Translations under genes and position numbers: made by a program
Source: Bacillota bacterium
GTDB taxonomy: Bacteria; Bacillota; Clostridia; Lachnospirales; Lachnospiraceae
Assembly: GCA_023424995.1 (NCBI GenBank)
Contig: JAFADH010000332.1
Span: 17,237 to 81,236 of the forward strand
Reading direction: 5' to 3'
Length of the DNA: 64,000 bases
Part shown: piece after piece, positions 28,101-37,441 of the stretch
Layout of the letters: every line of letters starts with the position of its first letter
Position numbering within the stretch: the first letter of the stretch is position 1
The notes under the pieces: generated by a model
The model's input: the letters and a program-made list of their open reading frames with translations, nothing else
Databases searched by the model: none
Told to the model about the DNA's origin: nothing

Positions 28101-28415
28101 CCGGCTGATTTGTAAGGGTGCCATAGGTAATGAATATTATTCGATAGTTCGGAAAATGAATTGCTGCAAAGATTCCATGAGAATCTGCGCTGCTGACGGC
28201 AGGCTGATTATGTTTGGTCAGCTTGTATTTTCGCTGGATTATCGAATGAATATGGACAAGAGACCGCGGGCAGAGCCTTTGTTTGCATTACTGCAGTGAT
28301 ACCGGAGGTATGGCTGCAGGTCTGTAATTTATCTGTTGGAGCAGGAGTCTGTTCCGATCCCCCATATTGTCATATTTTCGATCTTTCCGGCATACATGCA
28401 TGGAGGGATTTTTTT

Positions 28416-30215
28416 ATGTTATTATTAAAAGCAAGCAATATCAAGAAATATTATGGAGAACGATTGGTTCTGAAATTGGATGACTTCTCCGTATATACGG
28501 GACATAAAATCGGTATAGTGGGGGCTAACGGAGCCGGAAAGAGTACCCTGCTGAACCTGCTGTCCGGCCGTCTTCAGCCGGAGGAGGGGCAGATTCTTTC
28601 CTATGGAACCATATCCTATGCGTCCCAATTCCGGGAAGAGGACGGCGCGTCCGGTACAATGGACGGTTATGATCCAAAGCTTCTGAAAGAAATGAAGGTT
28701 TCAGACAAGACGGAGCAGGATACAATCAGCGGAGGGGAAGAAACCAGGCTGAAATTAGCCGGTGCATTTGGAAAACAGGGGCATATACTTCTGCTGGATG
28801 AACCTACGGCAAATCTGGATATAACGGGAAGCAGACTTTTACAGGATAAGCTTCTAAAGGTGGAAACCCTGCTGATGATCAGCCATGACCGTGCCTTATT
28901 GGACGTTGTATGTACGGCAATCCTAGAGGTGTCCCAGGGAAAGCTTAAGCTGTATCCCGGGAATTATACGGAGTATGAGAGGCTTAAGGAAGCGGAGACG
29001 GAACGGGATTGGAAGGAATATGTAACTTACGCGGATGAGAAGAGGCGTCTGGAGGAGGTTTACCTGGATAAGAAAAGGCAGGCGGCAAGCATGACGAAGA
29101 TACCCAGGGGAATGAGCCCCAGGGAAGCGCATCTTATTGATTTTCTCAGTAACCGAAGCCATGACAGCAAGCAGAGGAATCTGCACCAGGCAGCGAAGGC
29201 GGTTAAGAAAAGGATGGATCATCTGGAGTCAAAAGAAAAGCCCAGGGAAGAACCTAAAATCTATTTGGACTTTGCCCTGACCGATCCTCCGGAGAATAAG
29301 ATATTGGTGGAAGGAAGGGACATTGAATTCGCATACGGAGATAATGTGATTTTTAATAAGGCTTCCTTCTCCATACCCAACCATACAAAGGTGGCGATCA
29401 TGGGTGCCAACGGTACCGGAAAGACAACTTTGCTGAACCTGATCCGACAGGCGGACCAACGGAAGAAATCCGTTGCAGGGAATACGATAACCCGTGCAGA
29501 CGGCACCTGTGCTTCAAGCGGCGAAACCGGGAATAATGACTCTGGCAGCGGAGCGGTATCCTTCACGGGAGGTATACGTACGGTCCCCAAGGCGGTCCTT
29601 GGATATCTGTATCAAAGGCTGGAGAACCTGGATCCGGAGCAGACGGTAATTGCGAATGCCCTGAAGGAAAGCATCCAGACCGAGGTTACTGTCCGGGGGA
29701 TTCTGGCACGCTTTCTGTTCCGGGATAATGATATCTATAAAAAGGTCGCCGTATTAAGCGGCGGAGAGCGGGTGAAGCTGGCTCTTGCCAAGCTCCTGGT
29801 GTCCGATGCCAATGTTCTTTTGCTTGACGAACCGACCAATTATCTGGATATGCCCTCCATGATCGTGTTGCAGAAGCAGATCAGGGAATATGAGGGTACA
29901 ATAATATTCGTGTCCCATGACAGGACATTTATAAATGAAACGGCAGATGCCTTATTGATAATTGACAATAAGAAGCTGGTCTACTATCCCGGCAGCCTCA
30001 GTCAATATGAAGAGGAGCAGGCTGAGAGAGCAAGGAAAGAGAAGAAATGGAGAGAACCTGGGCGTAACACATCAAATTATAGCCCGGAGGAGAGAATGCG
30101 CCTGGAGCTGCGCAAAGCACAGCTGTTGTCCATGTTCGGACTGAAGAACTGCAATATTCCTAAGGAGGAGCTGGAAGCGGAATACCGGGACGTAATCAGA
30201 AAACTGCTGGAATGA
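28416..30215 (+). CDS. ABC-F type ribosomal-protection-like ATPase (Vga/Lsa/Msr-like architecture)
   Basis: The preferred start is ATG 28416 (MLLLKASNIKKYYG) after GGAGGG. It has two NBDs (GANGAGKST, GANGTGKTT; signatures ISGGEETRLKLA, LSGGERVKLALA) and no TM domain. A basic linker of about 90 aa joins the NBDs. The layout matches Vga(A) as I recall it. Confidence 0.8.
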   Translation: MLLLKASNIKKYYGERLVLKLDDFSVYTGHKIGIVGANGAGKSTLLNLLSGRLQPEEGQILSYGTISYASQFREEDGASGTMDGYDPKLLKEMKVSDKTEQDTISGGEETRLKLAGAFGKQGHILLLDEPTANLDITGSRLLQDKLLKVETLLMISHDRALLDVVCTAILEVSQGKLKLYPGNYTEYERLKEAETERDWKEYVTYADEKRRLEEVYLDKKRQAASMTKIPRGMSPREAHLIDFLSNRSHDSKQRNLHQAAKAVKKRMDHLESKEKPREEPKIYLDFALTDPPENKILVEGRDIEFAYGDNVIFNKASFSIPNHTKVAIMGANGTGKTTLLNLIRQADQRKKSVAGNTITRADGTCASSGETGNNDSGSGAVSFTGGIRTVPKAVLGYLYQRLENLDPEQTVIANALKESIQTEVTVRGILARFLFRDNDIYKKVAVLSGGERVKLALAKLLVSDANVLLLDEPTNYLDMPSMIVLQKQIREYEGTIIFVSHDRTFINETADALLIIDNKKLVYYPGSLSQYEEEQAERARKEKKWREPGRNTSNYSPEERMRLELRKAQLLSMFGLKNCNIPKEELEAEYRDVIRKLLE

Positions 30216-30530
30216 TTATGCCATGTTCCGATAAAAGGCGCTATATTTGCACCGGGCATCTTAGATTACAGAGAACATCCTGCTGTTCCTGTAATCTAGG
30301 GCAGGTCATGTTTCGATTATGATTAAAAAAGGCAGTAAATTTTGCCGCCATGACTGTAAGGGCCGGAATATGCTTTCATTTGGGCAACATAGATCATGCA
30401 TTAGTAATTGCATTTCAGGTTAATTAATGCTTTAATAGAGGATAAAGAAGGTATCTACAAAACAGCCGTATACGATTTAACGATGATTTAAATATTAGGG
30501 ATATGATATATAGCAGCATATGGAGGCATC

Positions 30531-30950
30531 ATGACGAAAGAGGTTATTATTACGATAGAAGGCATACAGTCAGGTACGGGGGAGGAACCCATCCTAGTTA
30601 CAGCTCCGGGGATTTATCATTATATCAATGGCCGGCATTTTGTCCGATATGAGGAGAAGACGGAGGACACCGGGAAGGCATCGAAGAATACCATAAAAAT
30701 ATCCGCTTCGAATATATTGCTGGCCAGGAAGACGCCTAATCTGTCCCGTATGGAATTTGACCTTGCCGCAAAGACCCGGACATATTACCGAACTCAGTAT
30801 GGTGACATGGTATTTGATATCAAGACGGAGAGTATCAAGCTGGAGGAAGGACCGGATAAAATTGCAGTCGGTTTATTGTATACCTTATTTACCAATGAAG
30901 AGAAGCTTTCCGATAATAACATTATTATCACAATCAATGCAGTACAATAA
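30531..30950 (+). CDS. DUF1934-domain protein (YwiB-like beta-barrel)
   Basis: 139 aa. MTKEVIITIEGIQ...GIYHYINGRHFVRYEE...MEFD fits the DUF1934 pattern. The assignment is from memory. Confidence 0.5.
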   Translation: MTKEVIITIEGIQSGTGEEPILVTAPGIYHYINGRHFVRYEEKTEDTGKASKNTIKISASNILLARKTPNLSRMEFDLAAKTRTYYRTQYGDMVFDIKTESIKLEEGPDKIAVGLLYTLFTNEEKLSDNNIIITINAVQ

Positions 30951-31041
30951 GCGGTATTATACCTGATGCCCCTTGGACCTATATAAAATGCACCGGCAAT
31001 GAGTGATATATATGACGCATTGCCCGGTGCATTCTTATGAT

Positions 31042-32421
31042 TTATTCCATTGCTTCGCCGGTTATAAACCCATTCTCATCAAAGCTTACCCCGAAGGATA
31101 TATCCTGCATATAATTATAGTACGCCTTTTTCTCCGCCTCGCCGGTAAGCAGATAGGTGAAGGTGTCTTTATTCATAACCGGCAGCAGCTGTGCTTTCAG
31201 GGTACCGTCGGGATTTAAATAAACCTTCAGCATTCCCGACCGGTTTGTGGACTTGTTGAACCAGTAGTTGCCCAGGCTGTAGGCAATGGGCTTTCCTTTA
31301 TAGAGCTCGATCCCCTGCATTACATGAGGGTGGCAGCCGATTACAATATCCGCTCCGGCATCGATGTATTTCTTAGCCAGATTCTTCTGATAACTCTCGG
31401 GCATACTATTGCGCTCCACTCCCCAATGAACGAATACTGCCACATAATCACTGTTAGATTTGGCTACCTCGATGGATTCTAAAAGAATGGTGGGATCGTA
31501 GGTTCCGATCATGCCCGGGCGGTCCTCGGTCGCATACCAGTCCATGGCGAAGATTACATGGGAAGCAGCCACATAGGAGATGGTCTTGTTCCCTACCCTG
31601 TAATATATGGGAGCCTTTGCACGGTTAAAATTATCACCGGCACCTACGTATTCAATCCCTGCGCTGTCCAGTGTATCGAAGGTATCAAGAAGGGCATCCG
31701 GGCCATAATCCAGAGCATGGTTATTCGCCAGGGATACGATATCTACACTCATCTTCTGCAGAATCTCCACCCGTTTCGGATGTGCCCGGAAGGTATAGGA
31801 TTTATCTTCCTCCTTGGTTCCCCGTGTACTATATGCAAATTCATTATTAAGCATCATGATATCGACAGCGTCCATCTCACTTAATAAGTCCTCTGATAAG
31901 CAGCGGGTAATGTCTTTATCTTCCGCATCGTATTTGGCAGCCGGATAGGAGGATTCGTTCAGATTCACATCTCCCGCAAAGCCAAGCAGAATGGGAGTGT
32001 CTTCGGATATATTGGATACTATTAGATCCGGCGGCGGTATCAGTGTTCCCACAGGATCAGAAATCACCGCCTTTTCCGTATTCAAATCATCAGAGATATC
32101 ACCGGAGCCGTTCTCCGGGCCATCGCCCGTACCGGTACCGTCTTCTGATTCATCGGTGTCGCCCTGTCCCATATCGTCATATTGCCCCGTATCGTCACCG
32201 GGACTGCCGTCATCCTTGCCCACCGTATCGTCAGAACCCGTATTGTCCTCTGAATCCGTACCGTCTTCTGAGGCATCATTATCACCGGAACTGATGCTGT
32301 CTCCGGCATTCCGCAGATCCTTTTCCTCCTGCCACCGGAAGGCATATACGAATAATACGATAAATACACATAAGGATAATAATAAGAATACCGATAATGA
32401 AACTAAATTTTTCTTATTCAT
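31042..32421 (-). CDS. CapA-family (PGA_cap metallophosphatase-like) membrane-anchored protein with acidic low-complexity linker
   Basis: An N-terminal TM is followed by a D/G/S/T-rich stretch of about 80 aa. The CapA core follows (LLGFAGDVNL, VDIVSLANNHALDYG, GCHPHVMQG). Confidence 0.8.
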   Translation of the reverse strand: MNKKNLVSLSVFLLLSLCVFIVLFVYAFRWQEEKDLRNAGDSISSGDNDASEDGTDSEDNTGSDDTVGKDDGSPGDDTGQYDDMGQGDTDESEDGTGTGDGPENGSGDISDDLNTEKAVISDPVGTLIPPPDLIVSNISEDTPILLGFAGDVNLNESSYPAAKYDAEDKDITRCLSEDLLSEMDAVDIMMLNNEFAYSTRGTKEEDKSYTFRAHPKRVEILQKMSVDIVSLANNHALDYGPDALLDTFDTLDSAGIEYVGAGDNFNRAKAPIYYRVGNKTISYVAASHVIFAMDWYATEDRPGMIGTYDPTILLESIEVAKSNSDYVAVFVHWGVERNSMPESYQKNLAKKYIDAGADIVIGCHPHVMQGIELYKGKPIAYSLGNYWFNKSTNRSGMLKVYLNPDGTLKAQLLPVMNKDTFTYLLTGEAEKKAYYNYMQDISFGVSFDENGFITGEAME

Positions 32422-32458
32422 GGTAACTTCGCCCCCTTCTCCATGATATCCGGATTAT

Positions 32459-32505
32459 AAAAAACCTCTTACCTTAACGAATGCTTCTGCCATTGAGGTA
32501 AGAGG
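32459..32505 (-). terminator. intrinsic terminator after the 152-aa gene (minus strand)
   Basis: CCTCTTACCT (32465-32474) pairs with AGGTAAGAGG (32496-32505). On the minus strand the stem is followed by TTTTTT. Confidence 0.55.
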
Positions 32506-32513
32506 ATTATTTG

Positions 32514-32972
32514 TTATTTTTTATCTTTTTTGACTAAGCCGACGAGCTTCTGACCGATGCTCTTCTTTTCCTTCTTCTGTTCCAGGTTGCCTCTTAATCC
32601 CTTAACATCCATGATATAGATACCGCTTAGAACAGCCTTGATTTCCTTCTTAATAGGAATAAGATCGTATATCTTGGCGTCACACACCAGTGACATGACC
32701 TTCGGTCCGATCTTTGCTTTTACAATGGGAACCTTGGAGCCCCGAAGATACTTCGGGGTCTGATCGATTACCATCTTAGGCAGTCCGGCATCTTTCATCT
32801 TCATTTTCTTTTTATCAATCACAAGGATGGACATGGTCTGTGCGGCGGCTTGCATCTGTGCCTGTGAATCGTCCTGTCTCTTCTGAAGCTTCCTTCCCAC
32901 AATATATAAAGCGATAATTGCTGCCGCAAGAACAACAGCTACAATGATTAATGTAATAGCCCATGTAGGCAT
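32514..32972 (-). CDS. membrane-anchored hypothetical protein
   Basis: 152 aa with a single N-terminal TM (WAITLIIVAVVLAAAIIALYIV), a Lys-rich soluble domain and SD GAGGAGG. I recognise no family. Confidence 0.55.
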   Translation of the reverse strand: MPTWAITLIIVAVVLAAAIIALYIVGRKLQKRQDDSQAQMQAAAQTMSILVIDKKKMKMKDAGLPKMVIDQTPKYLRGSKVPIVKAKIGPKVMSLVCDAKIYDLIPIKKEIKAVLSGIYIMDVKGLRGNLEQKKEKKSIGQKLVGLVKKDKK

Positions 32973-33096
32973 GAGTTATATTCCTCCTCTGATTTTCTAC
33001 GAATGCTTATCCAAACGGATGCAACGATAATTTTATCACTTTTTATGCAAAAAATAAATAGAAACTTTGCAAATATGCCAATATCCTTTCGACAAG

Positions 33097-33837
33097 TCAG
33101 GAATTCTTTGCCAGCATCTCCCGTATGATACCCTGTACATGTACACCCAGGAATTTTAACTGCTCTTTCTCAAGGTCCTTCGGATAGATCGGCTTGCCGA
33201 ATTCCATAACAACACGGGCAGGCCGGATGCTGGGAAAGTGATTCTCAAAGATCTCATCGGAGTTGGAGATTGCCACGGGAATGATGGCGCAGCCGGTTTT
33301 CTCGGCAATCTTAAAGCTTCCCTCTTTGAAGGGGAGCATCTCTGCTCCGTGATTTCTGGTACCTTCCGGAGATATGAAGATGGAATAACCGGCCTTCACC
33401 TGTTCGATGGCCTTAAGTACTGTCTTCAAGCCCTGCTTGATATCATCCCGGTCTAAGAACAGACATTGCAGATAACGCATCCAGGTTCGCAGTATGGGTA
33501 TCTTTCCGATCTCCTTCTTTGACATAAAGCCGGTCAGGGTGGGAAGGGCAACATATGCAATAGGAACATCAAAATAACTTCTATGGTTTGAGATATAAAG
33601 TACAGGCTCATTCTTCGGCACATTATCGCGTCCGATCACAGTCCGTTTTACGCCGCTGATAAATAGTATGACATGGAAGGCACCCACAACAATCCGCTGT
33701 GAGCTGGCTACCTTTGCCCTCAGGTTAATCTTGCCGATAATGTATTCAATAAGAAATAACGGTAAACTTATAATAAAGAATATAAGCAGAAATATAAGCG
33801 CAAGAAGCAGTCGTATCATGATCGCCATCCCTTTCAT
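33097..33837 (-). CDS. plsC: 1-acyl-sn-glycerol-3-phosphate acyltransferase
   Basis: It has the HX4D motif NHRSYFD and the PEGTR motif. The start is ambiguous (ATG 33837, 33828 or 33819). Confidence 0.8.
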   Translation of the reverse strand: MKGMAIMIRLLLALIFLLIFFIISLPLFLIEYIIGKINLRAKVASSQRIVVGAFHVILFISGVKRTVIGRDNVPKNEPVLYISNHRSYFDVPIAYVALPTLTGFMSKKEIGKIPILRTWMRYLQCLFLDRDDIKQGLKTVLKAIEQVKAGYSIFISPEGTRNHGAEMLPFKEGSFKIAEKTGCAIIPVAISNSDEIFENHFPSIRPARVVMEFGKPIYPKDLEKEQLKFLGVHVQGIIREMLAKNS

Positions 33838-33865
33838 TACTTGTTGTAATATGGTATTGCATTTG

Positions 33866-35230
33866 TTAATTATGGTAGGGCGGAGTCGGCGAAGGGCTTA
33901 AAGGCGGAGTCAGCCCGGTCTCAGAACCGCTGCCGGGTCCATCCGTTGGTCCGTTCCCGCTGCTGTTGGCCGTGTCACCGGAACCGTCAGGATTATCCCC
34001 GGACACATCATTGCCGGTACCGTCCTCTGAGCTGTCATCAGGCCCGGAAGGATTATCAGGATCAGTGTCATCCTCCGAAGCGGAACCGTCCTCCGTACCA
34101 GAGCCGTCTTCATCAGAAGCATCCTCCGAATTAGAATCCCCCTCAATATCAGAACCATCCTCCGTATCCGGATCATCTTCGGCAGTATTATCATCGGTAT
34201 CCTCAGAAGCTTCGGCATCTGGATCCTCCACAGGTACTTCTAACTCCTCGCCGGGCGGAATTTCGATAATTTCCCCATCCTCTCCAAGCATTACACCTTC
34301 GTCGGGCAACGGAGTGACAGAGGGTACATAATTGATCAGATCGGCATATGTGGCTTCAAAGTCAAAATCCTTACTTGGCGTATAATTATAATATTCTTCA
34401 AGGGTAAGATCATTCTCGTACAGATACTTGGCAAGAGGCTTTCCTACATAACGGATGTGCCACGGTTCGTAGGCATAACCCGTTATCTTTGTCTTCCCCT
34501 TGGGATAGCGGATGGTAAAACCATAAAGATGGGCGTTCTCTGCAACCCACTTTCCTTCCGCCGTATTTGCAAAGGCTGTGGTCAAATCATATCTCAATGC
34601 GGCACAGGAGATGTCCATGGTTAATCCGGTCTGATGCTCACTGGTGCCCGGTACTGCGGAATACCTTAAGGTATGTTCTTTGCCTTTTACTACAATATTA
34701 TTCGTGAATATCTTATATTGGCGTGCATAGGACCGGTAACCGGAGACGCCGCCCAGCTCATAGCCCTCTATCCGTGCGGCAAGAAAAAGCTGTTCTATGG
34801 CAGCAGCAGCTTCCGCCCGCATTAATGTACGCTCATCATAATAATTCAAATGGAAATAAATATTAGGTGTAACCAGATCATCAGGTTTATAGCCCTTTGG
34901 CAGGGCATATTCTTTATTTACAAAGACGGTGATGCTGTTCGGCTCCAGATCCAGCTCAGTAGCAGGTATAAACGGTTCTTCCGGGATCGGAGTCGGGGTG
35001 GGAGTAATTCCCTCAATAACCGGAGGGATATATGTAGGAATATCAGTTATGTACGGAGAGCTGTTATTACGGATATCTTCTGTGACTGCACTGCCGCTGA
35101 CAGCCGGCAGGCCGGATATATCCGACGCAGAAGCATCTTCCGCACTAAAGACCGAGAATATCACAACCCCGCTTGCCATAATAATGGAGGTAACGGAAAG
35201 AATGAGTATGGTTAATGTCTTCTTATTCAA
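33866..35230 (-). CDS. M15B/VanY-type D-alanyl-D-alanine carboxypeptidase with long acidic C-terminal tail
   Basis: An N-terminal TM precedes a VanY core (SGYRSYARQ, PGTSEHQTGLTMD, YEPWHIRYVG). The C-terminal 120 aa or so are D/E/S/G/T/P low complexity. Confidence 0.8.
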   Translation of the reverse strand: MNKKTLTILILSVTSIIMASGVVIFSVFSAEDASASDISGLPAVSGSAVTEDIRNNSSPYITDIPTYIPPVIEGITPTPTPIPEEPFIPATELDLEPNSITVFVNKEYALPKGYKPDDLVTPNIYFHLNYYDERTLMRAEAAAAIEQLFLAARIEGYELGGVSGYRSYARQYKIFTNNIVVKGKEHTLRYSAVPGTSEHQTGLTMDISCAALRYDLTTAFANTAEGKWVAENAHLYGFTIRYPKGKTKITGYAYEPWHIRYVGKPLAKYLYENDLTLEEYYNYTPSKDFDFEATYADLINYVPSVTPLPDEGVMLGEDGEIIEIPPGEELEVPVEDPDAEASEDTDDNTAEDDPDTEDGSDIEGDSNSEDASDEDGSGTEDGSASEDDTDPDNPSGPDDSSEDGTGNDVSGDNPDGSGDTANSSGNGPTDGPGSGSETGLTPPLSPSPTPPYHN

Positions 35231-35347
35231 TTATTTAATTCCCCTTTTGTAATCAAGTACGACCAGGCATACTTACAGCAGCTTAAAACAACAACATAAT
35301 TATACCATATTCTGTGGCAAAAAATAACTGCTAAATAATAGTAATTG

Positions 35348-36802
35348 TTATTTTTTATTTTCGGTCAGATGATCCAACAGCTCTGTCTTCATACGATACA
35401 GCTTCACTGACAGGTCCACATACACAATATGAGGATTGATGAGCCGTCTTGCCTCGTCCCATAAGGACTCCTGCTCCTTAAGGCAATACTCGCGGATGTC
35501 CATAACGGAGGGAGAGGTGTATACGCATTTTCCGGATAGGAAGATGGGTATCAGAAGCTGGCGAAGGGTATAAGTATCCGGCTCAAGATAGGTTTTCTTC
35601 CAGGTGGCGATGGGGTCGAACAGCAGCAGAGGCTGGCCGGCGTTAAATTCCTCGTCCTCCAGGCAGATCAGGTCTGCCTTCACCTTACCGCTTTCCTTCT
35701 CATATACCCGGTAGATTTTCTTGTTGCCGGGATTGGTTATCTTCCATTGGTTCTCGGAAAGCTTGATCTTAGGAATGAATTCTCCTTCCCGCTTGATCGC
35801 GGCCAGCTTATATACACCGCCGAAGGACGGGCAGTCCCTGGAGGTGATCAGCTTCGTGCCGACGCCCCAGGAATCAATTCTGGCCCCCTGGGTCTTTAGG
35901 GAATCGATCAGGTATTCATCCAGATCGCTGGAGGCAGTGATCTTCGCTTCCGTAAAGCCCGCACCGTCCAGCATCTTTCTGGCCTTCTTGGAAAGGTAGG
36001 CAAGGTCGCCGCTGTCAAGGCGGATTCCGTATTTCTCCGGCATCCTGCCCTGATCGCGCAGCTCGGAGAATACTTTGACCGCATTGGGAACGCCGGAGCG
36101 TAAGGTATCATAGGTATCCACGAGCAAGGTGGTATTCTGCGGATAAAGCTCCGCATATTTGCGGAAGGCGGTGAGTTCATCGTCAAAGCTCATGATCCAG
36201 CTGTGGGCATGAGTTCCCAGGGCGGGAAGATCGTATAATTTGGCGGAGAGAACATTGCTGGTGCCGATACAGCCGCCGATGATAGCGGCCCTGGCGCCCA
36301 GAGTTCCCGCATCCGGCCCCTGCGCCCGGCGCAGGCCGAACTCCATAACCGGCTGGCCCCCTGCGGCATACACAACACGGGAGGCCTTGGTAGCAATCAG
36401 ACTCTGATGGTTTATGATATTAAGAAGCGCTGTCTCTATCAGCTGTGCTTCCATGATGGGGGCGACCACCTTTACCAAAGGCTCCATGGGGAATACGACG
36501 GTGCCCTCCGGAATGGCCCAGATGTCGCCGGTAAAATGAAAATCCTCCAGATAGGAGAGGAATTTTTCATCGAATATTTTCAGGGAGCGAAGATAATCGG
36601 TATCCTCCGGCGTGAATTTAAGTGACTTAATATAATCAATGACCTGCTCCAGGCCGGCGCAGATCGCATATCCGCTTTCGCTGGGGTTCTCTCTGTAAAA
36701 TACATCAAAGACTACCACTTCATTATTGTTATTCGTATAATAGCCCTGCATCATGGTCAGCTCATAAAAGTCAGTGAGCAGGGTTAAATTCTGTTTACCC
36801 AT
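35348..36802 (-). CDS. pncB: nicotinate phosphoribosyltransferase
   Basis: The preferred start is ATG 36802 (MGKQNLTLLTDFYELTMMQGYY), 5 nt after GGAGG. The LLTDxYxLTM N-terminus and the HSWIMSF motif are typical of PncB. Confidence 0.85.
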   Translation of the reverse strand: MGKQNLTLLTDFYELTMMQGYYTNNNNEVVVFDVFYRENPSESGYAICAGLEQVIDYIKSLKFTPEDTDYLRSLKIFDEKFLSYLEDFHFTGDIWAIPEGTVVFPMEPLVKVVAPIMEAQLIETALLNIINHQSLIATKASRVVYAAGGQPVMEFGLRRAQGPDAGTLGARAAIIGGCIGTSNVLSAKLYDLPALGTHAHSWIMSFDDELTAFRKYAELYPQNTTLLVDTYDTLRSGVPNAVKVFSELRDQGRMPEKYGIRLDSGDLAYLSKKARKMLDGAGFTEAKITASSDLDEYLIDSLKTQGARIDSWGVGTKLITSRDCPSFGGVYKLAAIKREGEFIPKIKLSENQWKITNPGNKKIYRVYEKESGKVKADLICLEDEEFNAGQPLLLFDPIATWKKTYLEPDTYTLRQLLIPIFLSGKCVYTSPSVMDIREYCLKEQESLWDEARRLINPHIVYVDLSVKLYRMKTELLDHLTENKK

Positions 36803-37004
36803 TGGTGCCTCCATCATCTACGTGCTGCGGCACGTATTTAAATAGTTCTTGTACTCTTAACAAACCATATACCTAAATTGATGATTCGTCAAGCACCTAT
36901 CTGGACTTCTTCGGATAAGGCTTTTATCATCATTCATTAAGTCGGCGGATAAATATCCGGCTTAAGAATATTGAAACCATATGAATAATAGGTAAAAATA
37001 TCTC

Positions 37005-37059
37005 TTGCAATTTATATTCTAATGGGTTAGAATATAATCGTATTCTAACCCATTAGAAT
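37005..37059 (+). promoter_or_regulatory. promoter overlapped by two 18-19-bp dyad operators (candidate BlaI-like repressor sites)
   Basis: TTGCAA (37005-37010), 17 nt, TAGAAT (37028-37033). Dyad 1 is ATTCTAATGGGTTAGAATA (37016-37034). Dyad 2 is TATTCTAACCCATTAGAAT (37041-37059). They are exact reverse complements of each other, and each is internally palindromic (TTCTAA-N4-TTAGAA). Confidence 0.6.
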
Positions 37060-37069
37060 GAGGAATGGT

Positions 37070-37432
37070 ATGTATAGTATGAAATTGTTTGACAGTGAAC
37101 TGAAGATCTTGGAAATACTTTGGGCTGAAGGTGATATCAGTGCAAAGCGTATCGCCGAAATTGCAAAAGAGAAGGTGGGATGGAGTAAAACAACTACCTA
37201 TACCAATATTAAGAGATGCATTGATAAGGGAGCTGTTAGAAGATATCCCGATCAATTCATATGCCATGCGCTTATAACAAGAGAAGAAGCACAGGAATAT
37301 GAGACAAACGAATTAATTAATAAGATGTACGGCGGTGCGGCGGATAAGCTGGTAGCCTCATTATTGAGCGGAAAGAAACTAACCTATGAACAAATCGAGA
37401 ATTTAAAGCGAATGGTAAGGAACATGGAATAG
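37070..37432 (+). CDS. BlaI/MecI/CopY-family transcriptional repressor
   Basis: The ORF runs from 37058, but ATG 37058 lies inside dyad 2. ATG 37070 follows GAGGAA, and ATG 37079 is also possible. The winged-helix N-terminus reads LFDSELKILEILWAEGDISAKRIAEIA...TTTYTNIKRCIDKGAV. Confidence 0.75.
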   Translation: MYSMKLFDSELKILEILWAEGDISAKRIAEIAKEKVGWSKTTTYTNIKRCIDKGAVRRYPDQFICHALITREEAQEYETNELINKMYGGAADKLVASLLSGKKLTYEQIENLKRMVRNME

Positions 37433-37441
37433 GAGGCAGTC

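Noticed and set aside
32043-32446. Multiple alternative-frame ORFs within CapA (31991-32446, 32043-32294, 32082-32369) and within the VanY gene (33910-34331)
   Set aside because: They arise from the periodic GAx/GGx/TCx low-complexity coding tracts. The main frames carry the catalytic motifs.
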